Below are positions 55,007 through 64,000 of a stretch of DNA of 64,000 nt, in pieces. This stretch comes from Octopus vulgaris (lineage: Eukaryota): the NCBI GenBank assembly GCA_951406725.2, contig OX597825.1, positions 2,604,001 through 2,668,000 on the forward strand, read 5' to 3'. The position numbers were made by a program, and so were the translations under genes. Below the pieces are notes generated by a model. That model made no database searches. It was not told the DNA's origin and saw only the letters and a program-made list of their open reading frames with translations. Numbering within the stretch: the first letter of the stretch is position 1; every line of letters starts with the position of its first letter.

Positions 55007-57134
55007 GGTGTGAGAGAAGGTTTAAGTAATAGTTATTATATAGAAGACATGAAATACAGAGTGAAGTGGGGGAATGAAAACAGACGTGAAATATGGAAGG
55101 ATGTTGTATGTGCAGTTCCAATACTTGAAATACGTAAGGATATTGTATTAGCAATATATAATGAAAACTGAAAACTGGCCAATCATATAAAGATTAGAAT
55201 TTGTGCTCGCTATTTCAAGATAATGCTTCAAATATCGTCTTTCGTCTGATACGTAATCAAATTGTCACGTTTAAGCCACAGCCATGAGTGCGACGTGCAA
55301 TTTTGTGCAACAAAAATTCATCACACGATATTGGATTGAGAGTTGAATAATCTGGTATTCGTGCTGCAGAAACCGATGAAATTCTTATACGTACCAAGAC
55401 ATAGACCAATATTTCACTTATTTGGCAAATTTTATGTATTAAAAGATGATTCTCAGACTATACATTTACGAAAGCTAATATAGAGAGTAATAAAGGTCAG
55501 CTAGGTTGTTGAAAATGTTATATCGAACGAGAAAGGAAGGAATATTGATATAAGCAGAGAATAAACATTAACCGATTTCGGAAATTTGTAATTTAGCGAA
55601 TGCGAAATTACACCAAGTTCAAATACTAAAAATATTCATCATACTGATGTCAAAGTTTGGCTCAAAGCCAGCAGTTTCGGTGTAAGGATTAAGTCGATTA
55701 ACAGCGAAATGAGGGAGGGCGAAGTCGACTCGGCGGAACTTTAACTCAGAACGTAAAGGTAGACGAAATGCTAAATATTCTGCCGAATGGCCGCATTAAG
55801 AATAGAAATAATATTTATAATAACAACATTAATAGTAATAATGGTGATAGTAGTGATAATTACGATGATGATGATGATGAGGATGAGGATGATGATGTAG
55901 ATACCAATATAACTCATCAATGGTGTCCTGATGCTAGACTTAAATCCCAAACAGTAGGTTAGCTCAAGAATAGAGCTGTTCTTGCCTTCCGATTTTGTGG
56001 TGCAGCAAGGGAAGGATTTTGCAACCTCTTCGCTGGATCATTACTATAGCCTCGAATGAATATTTTAACCCAATGATCGACTTAGCACTCTTGCCACCCT
56101 AATCTACTTACATATACGGAAGAAAAGAGCACCCTCCCTCTGTTGTCACCCTTCTCTTGAAAAGTTGTATGAATTTATTAATGCGATTTTGGCCTGATAT
56201 AAAATACATGACTTTAAACTTTTGAAATGAAATAACAATCTTAACTTCGAAGGGGAGTTGTCGTTGTGGCCTCACGGGTACTGATTGATGGCTCGCCGGA
56301 TGATTTCGTCCCACATCCAGTATCATTGACATTGACTTATTGTAGCTTCCATGACTGGTGGTTTTGTCTCGAAGAAGTAATCTTCCCTTTTCCTTGCCAT
56401 GAATCCGCAAAAGAGAAGAATATTCTGACGAGTGGCAAATCCTTCGTCGTAACGAAAATCTGATAACCTCATTGACGTCCACATTTCTTTTTGTTTGAGG
56501 CTGCAATTTAATCCTATAATCTGCCTCTTCTTTTCTTACAAGACCATTTCTGTTGTTGCTCCAAATGAGGATGTAGATTTTTCATCCCGGATTTATATTA
56601 CGCAACGTCGAATATATATGGGAATCAGCACAAATTGCTGGCTGGCACATGTCTTTGCAGCATTCCTCCGAGTTTACTGTTGTAGTTGTAACTGGTGTTG
56701 TTTCTTGTTGTTGTTGCTATTGCAACTGCAACACACGAGCCAAAAGATATTCCATAATCTTTTCTTTGGTTTTGAACCACAAAAAAATTAACGTCTTACG
56801 TAAGCTTTGAATATTTGGTGGCGACTTTTATATCCTGCGACGGGTTGGTATATATAAGATTTAGTAGCAGAGGTTTAATTGATGTGTTAAGAGGACCTAT
56901 TTCACGCGACTACCAAAACTCTATTTCCGCTACTACTCTTTATAAGAATTCGGCTGGTCCATTATTCCACTCCCCACGAGGTATCGATGACTCTCGCCAC
57001 AACAGGAATAGTATTGGTGTCAAGAAGACCCAAAGGTGTCAGGTAATCCTGAGTTAGTGCTATGGACTGATGGTTAAGCTGCAGATTCGATGTTGATACG
57101 AATGAGAAGTCCAACGTAGGTCGTAGGTCCTCCC

Positions 57135-57490
57135 TCCTTTTACGCAACAAGTATGACCCGTTTCTCGACCGGATTGTGACTTGCGATGAAAAGTGGATTC
57201 TTTACGACAACTGACAACGCTCAGCTCAGTGGTTGGACGCCGACGAAGTTCCAGGGCACGTCCCAAAGCCAAAATTGCACCCAAAAAGGTCATGGTGACT
57301 GTTGACAACATCCGATGGCCGACCACTACGCTTATCGTCTTCCAGACTATCGTCACCACTACGAAATTTCTTGAACCACCATTGTGCTGTACGTTCATGA
57401 GCGGTTCCTGGGCCAAACGCATTGTTAATATCAGGAGCTGTTTCAGTATCTTTTCGGTCCAGTTTGAACTGTTTTTTGTCCATGTTTTAT
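57135..57490. mobile_element. Rearranged mariner transposase fragments in opposite orientations
   Basis: Plus strand FLDRIVTCDEKWILYDN..PKPKLHPKKVMVT (57160-57300). Minus strand MDKKQF..INNAFGPGTAHERTAQWWFKKFRSGDDSLED (57483-57300). Confidence 0.85.
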
Positions 57491-57578
57491 TCAATGTTCC
57501 AGTAAATTGTCCTAAATATTCAGAAACAAAAAGAGAAACACGATTAGATATAGCGACTTTAAAATGATATATAAGTAA

Positions 57579-57971
57579 CTAGCAGTATCGCCCGGCGTTG
57601 TTCGGGTTGTAAGGGAAATAACTATATATGCATTTTTATAGAGTTATAGCCAAAAAATAGCATAAAATGCATTAAAAATGGAAAAAAAATATGTTAAATT
57701 TTTTGAAATCTTTGACTCATCGTAGACATTTTTAGAGAGTTACTTCCCTTATATAATAGCGAAATAAATGCATTAAAATGGAAAAAATGATGGTAATTTT
57801 TTTTTAAATCGTAGACTCATCGTAGACGCGCACTAATACCCAGAAGGGCTCGATATGAATCACGACTATAAGATACCCGGTTTTGGTTAAACTGCACCGC
57901 AAAATGTGGGAGTAGTTAGGAATGTAAATTCTACAGAGACAGTCAAACAACTTGACTTTTATATATAAAGA
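57579..57971 (-). mobile_element. Non-autonomous Helitron
   Basis: Minus strand begins A|TC and ends CTAG|T, with subterminal hairpin cccgaacaacgccggg about 8 nt before CTAG. Internal ~90-120 bp duplication. Confidence 0.8.
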
Positions 57972-58901
57972 TTTAACAAAAGTAATTTAAAAATGCATCA
58001 TTTAAAACCAAAATTAAAACAATTCTGCAAGAACTTTCTTGAAAAATCTGAACCACAGTTCCCTGGTAGTGGACAGCTGACACTGTACACCTCCAGCGTT
58101 AAAACCTGTGCAAAGGCAATGATGATGATAATAATAATATTCATAATAATAATAATAATAATAATAATAATATAATAATAATAAGTAGAAGAAGAAGAAA
58201 AAGAAGAGTATGAAGAAGAATTAGAAGAAGCGGAAGAAGAAAAAGATGATGATGAGGAGGAGGAAGAGGAGGAGGACATTCAGGCTGATGATGATCTTTA
58301 TGATGATGATGATGATGATGGTCATGATGACGAAGAGCAGGAGAGTGCGGATGAACAATAGGAAGATGGAGGAAAAATAAAAGAAGTAGCGGGAAATCGG
58401 CAACACTCTTCTATAAATTCTATCATAAGATTAACGTTTGAGTATAAAGAGACTGAAGCAGATTTGTGATGCATTATGGTTTGCATGAAGAAATCGGAAA
58501 TGCATGTTACATTATGAGACAAATCGTAAATAATTGAATTAGAATTAAATTAGTTACGAGTGTCATTATATATTTGATTGATTTAAGTGGAGGATTTTAT
58601 TGGTTAGGAACTATCAACAATGTATCATTAAAAAATTTCGAAATACACATATCAATGAAAGAAGAATTCTTTTAAAAAAAAATTAATTAGAAATAACTCA
58701 TAGCTATTGTCGTTGCTTCTGAAATGTGTTCAATTTTATTCTAAATTAATTGATTAATTATGTCCCCGATATCTCCACGCAAAATATTATTAATATCAAA
58801 ATATGCTGACGATATAATTTTAAAAAAGAATTGATTATATTTGGTCTAAATTTCCCAATGTCTCTTTTTGCCGAGCATTATTGTGGCACGAAAATGCAAA
58901 C

Positions 58902-58943
<42 letters not shown>

Positions 58944-59199
58944 TCTCAATTTTGCCTGAGATTTCAGAACATCACTATATTACCCTTTTAGAAGATAAAA
59001 ATATAAATCATAAGATGGGGAGTAGAATTATTTATAGAAAGGTGTTGAACAATACTGAGATATGGTTACGCTACTAATCAATGTGTAGTTGCCGAAATCC
59101 AGAGCGATTTTAATGTCACCAGCAGCAAGCACACTGAAATGTAACTTAACATAAGAGTTTGAAGATTAAGTATTGACTGTAATGGTGAGTAGAAATCAT

Positions 59200-59948
<749 letters not shown>

Positions 59949-60917
59949 TATGTATCGTATCTGATATAGAAGAAATTTGCATATTTAAAGAGGGCTGGAA
60001 CTGGTGTGTCTGGAATATTCTTTGTAATACCTAGTATAATCCTTGTAGCACTGCACACATACATGTCAATTTTCGGTCCGTGTAATATATTTTGATAAAC
60101 ACTTTGTAGGATTTGAGCGTCATTTGATTACGCATGCAGTTGAGAGAAAGCTCACCAACCACAGCAAGTGTAAACCGATGACAATGGATTATCTATTAAG
60201 AACGATATTGATGAAGTTATTAAATTCTAAAAGGATATTTTAAATTAAGTACCAATTAGATGCCAACAGATTACATATTCTCACCAGATAACATATCCGG
60301 GGCTTTCGTTTCAACAACTGCAATATCGCGTGATTTTATTAATATTGTGTAAATAAGCAGTAGGATATTGCATCTTTATAAGCATGATGATGCATTAATC
60401 AGCGCAGCCGATCGGACCTGATTACACTTTTCGTAAAGGTCATAAAAATCATATTTCATCTGGATTCAAAATTCATCAAATTATTGATGAAAATCTTGAT
60501 GGTTTGTCGGCTGCCACTAAAGAAATAGATTCAGCTATAAAATCCGATATCGATATTATTGGATATTAGCAATACTTCGATAATGGCTGGCCGAAAAAAG
60601 AAACCTCAATATTTAACTGTAATCCAACAAAATAATTGATAAAATATGATGTAATTAATTATTGCGGGAATTTAATATTAAATCCCAATTTTCTTAGAAT
60701 GATTTTTTTGAATATTACATTTTTGTTTATCAGAGGGAAAGCTATCTTCAACCAGGGCTAAATTAATGGCATGCACTGGACCCACGGTTATTGCATGACC
60801 ATATCATTCGACATAAACGCGATGTTCCAAAACGTACCCAACATGTGATTCTATTGATAATTATCGGAAAAATGTTCAGGACTTGAAAACCAAATATAGA
60901 ATCACGTTCATAAGAGG

Positions 60918-61380
60918 TATGAGGGTTGGTTCAAAAGTACATTGGCTGACCAAGATGCTCTCATGGTATGTGACCAAATAACGTTTAATTTTTAATGCAC
61001 TCCCCATTTGAGCCAATACACTTCTTCCATCGGAACTGCAGTGCTCGGATCCCATTGGGCAAGAAGGTTTCTTCCTGTTGCCCAAAAACGTCATCAATAG
61101 CAGATGTGACGTCAATACTGCGACACTGCTATCAATCAAATTTGTTTTTTAATGTTGGGAAATAGATGACAGTCAGATGGTGTAAAATGGGAAAAACTAG
61201 GAGGTTGATCAACAGACTCAAATCAGAGTTAAACACAGTTACCAGACATTGTGTGTTGGAGTATAGACCTGATGAAGCATGATATATTACGCCATTTTAC
61301 CTTGGTGTTTGGTCATGAACGTTTTTGTAACTGCTTCAGCAAGTTTGCATAGGACTGCCCATTGATGGTGTGGTCGACCT
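60918..61380 (-). mobile_element. Decayed mariner 3' half
   Basis: Reverse translation DQPPSFSHFTPSDCHLFPNIK and GIRALQFRWKKCIGSNGECIKN*. TIR-like tatgagggttggttcaaaagt. Confidence 0.75.
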
Positions 61381-61528
61381 TTTTAAAGATGATCAATAAA
61401 TCCAAAGTGTTTTTACGTGTATATAGATATGTGAGTGCAAGTAACGTAGTAGTTACTAAATATACAATCGACACATTCATAAGTGCATAGATATATTGAT
61501 AGATAGATAAATAGATCGATTGAAATAG

Positions 61529-61583
<55 letters not shown>

Positions 61584-62557
61584 ATACAATTTGCGCCCGT
61601 AATGTAGTTGCCTCTATTGTGTTTTCACCGGCGAGTATGCCTCTTGCATATCACTATATCGAAGTTTTGCACTTCTAAATTAACAATTGTTCTCACTTTC
61701 CTTGCGCCTATGACTTAAATTACTAATCGCATATAACGTATAATTTTGTTTTTGATAAACGAATACCCCGAACTGTTTATGAGATATAAAAGTAAAGAAG
61801 ATGTAGATCAGTTTTGAAAGAAATACATGCACAAATTATTTGACTAAGTCTCCTTGATGCCCAGCACATTTAAGTTTAAGCGGCGCTTTCTCTCGCAGGT
61901 CAGTACTTGCAGCAGTCCATGCCTAAGCAACACATTTTAAAATAACAACGTTATGTCCTGAAGTACATTCAACAATATTTAATGAAGGTCATTCTTTTTT
62001 TAAATGATGGTGTCATTTAAAATGCACTGCACTGCTATTTCCTGCATACCATTTGAGCCCGGAACACAGAATAACAGAAAAGTAAGCAAGTATTTACTTC
62101 TAAATAAATTTAAGAGTAAATTACTTTTCCTATGGTATTCATTTCTTGTTTATCAATCTGTTCTTTTCTTTAAGTTGCAGAAATATACATTTGGTCTCTT
62201 TTACATTCTATGTTGTATTGTGATTGTCGTCTAAGGTGTCCAAGGTAAGGGACTGAAACACATTTGGTTTGATTCTTGGCTAGCTGAAAATGGAGTAGGA
62301 AGAAATAACATAGACAATAAGAAAACCTAGAGAGATGATATCCAAGGTAGGCAGTATTGCGCATGATGGTTACTGTGATTCATAGGCTCAGTAGAGGGAA
62401 GTATATTTGAAAATATGCGGATGCATTTGGAATTGTCCCTGATCTAGCAAGCCATGAGGAGCACGGGCCAACAGATGGGATGACAGACACGAGAAAACGA
62501 ACTGAAGAAAGGGCTTTTGGAATGGTATTTTCTTTTGTGAGAAGGCTCTTTGTTTCA

Positions 62558-63109
62558 TCAATGCCATCTTGGATATCTGCCTGTGTAAAATGAGCATTGC
62601 ACATATATACTAACTATAATCTGCTAATTTATGCGGGTCTCATGTTGGACAGTGTTACAAAATTAATTCTTATATTTCTAATCAACTGGAAATATTTGGT
62701 AATTCTTACCTATCAAGTGATAACCCTCACGAAATGTTGGTAATTCTATAAAATATTATTAAATTCGGAAGCCATCATCATTAATAAAATTTAAAAACAA
62801 ATAACATGAATGTTTTTTGAAGAAAAATAAATGTATGTTATTGGGAGAAAACTGAAAAAGAAAAACAATGAACCATAAGAGAATTTCTATTCACAATGTA
62901 GATTAAATAAAATAGAGAGACGTGTAAAGCCTATTGTAATAATTAAGGAAGGCATATTAAGTGCGTCTACCTTTCTTTATTTCAATCATATCATTTTGGT
63001 TGTTAATTTCCCTGGTGTGGGTTTCACCTTTGTTTAAGCACTCAGTGGGACTGGCGTTGCGAATACAATATTTTGCTAGTTTTGTATTATTAATTAGACT
63101 AGAATTCCC
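62558..63109 (-). CDS. Candidate 3'-terminal exon chain of an unidentified gene (63109-62971, 62745-62710, 62580-62558)
   Basis: AG/GT-bounded, phase-compatible exons giving GNSSLINNTKLAKYCIRNASPTECLNKGETHTREINNQNDMIEIKK-ELPTFREGYHLI-GRYPRWH*. Confidence 0.4.
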
Positions 63110-63358
63110 CTATCCTGATTATGAAAGGATTAAAGTGTATGCGTAAAAGTTATTCCGGAGCATTTGAATGTCTACACAAGTACAAACAAAAAAAACGAAA
63201 ACTCTTTTCTTTTTATATTATGATTTACAAAACGCAGGAAAGACATTCTTCTTGGAAATTTATGAAACAATATTGAATTCCATTACTCGAGTGAGTTGAT
63301 ATGCATTTGCTACTTTATCACTGAACGCACACACACATGTATATGTATGAATATATAC

Positions 63359-63419
<61 letters not shown>

Positions 63420-63429
63420 GTATGTACAT

Positions 63430-63473
<44 letters not shown>

Positions 63474-64000
63474 ATATACTACCTCTGGATTCTTTCCATT
63501 TTTCTTCTTGCCATATAAATTAATGTCAAAACCACTTATTACCCTCGCCTAATTATTATACTCAGTATTGTAATTGCCACGCAATAACTATCACGTGTAT
63601 TAATTAGGTATTCTAACAGCAATATATTAGATAGATACTATCCTTTAGTTGGTTGGTTTTACAACCTCTAACTCTCCTTGAATTATATCTATATGTATGT
63701 ATCTATCTATCTTCCTCCTATCTGTTATATATATAGCTAATTACTATTATTTTTTTTAATTGTCATTAAATAATTAATAAATTTTAACATTATCATTAAA
63801 CAATTTAGAGTGTGTTATTTATTCATCAAAGAAGTGTTATAGTTACTCATAAATGTTTGCTTCATAATTCATTTCGTCACCGAACATTTTTCCTACAAAA
63901 TGTATTTTTGCATTTGACATTGTAATAATATAAAAATGTTACTGTTTCTTTACACACAGTTTTCAAATATTTCAGAATCGAAAATGTCATCATTTACAAT

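Overview
AT-rich eukaryotic (animal) genomic DNA. The (TA)n/(AAT)n/(TATG)n density and the SINE, RTE and Dong repertoire suggest a coleoid cephalopod such as Octopus; this is inference. Most ORF-track entries are microsatellite artefacts. The main contents are: (1) a full-length ~4.6 kb CR1-group LINE with an intact APE-RT ORF2 and a cryptic ORF1 (Myb/SANT-like domain, poly-Q, two CCCH zinc fingers) broken by two -1 shifts in homopolymers; (2) several R4/Dong-type RLE LINE pieces inserted in (AAT)n; (3) RTE, mariner/Tc1, Helitron and tRNA-SINE relics; (4) a set of non-coding, mostly (TA)n-embedded foldback elements carrying Penelope-type minimal hammerhead ribozymes. Group 4 includes a 3.8 kb palindrome with a ribozyme at each end, a circularly permuted ~450-nt retrozyme-like unit, and a three-copy family with a tRNA-like/(AAT)n/hammerhead layout. 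A few candidate host exons lie near both window ends but could not be identified.
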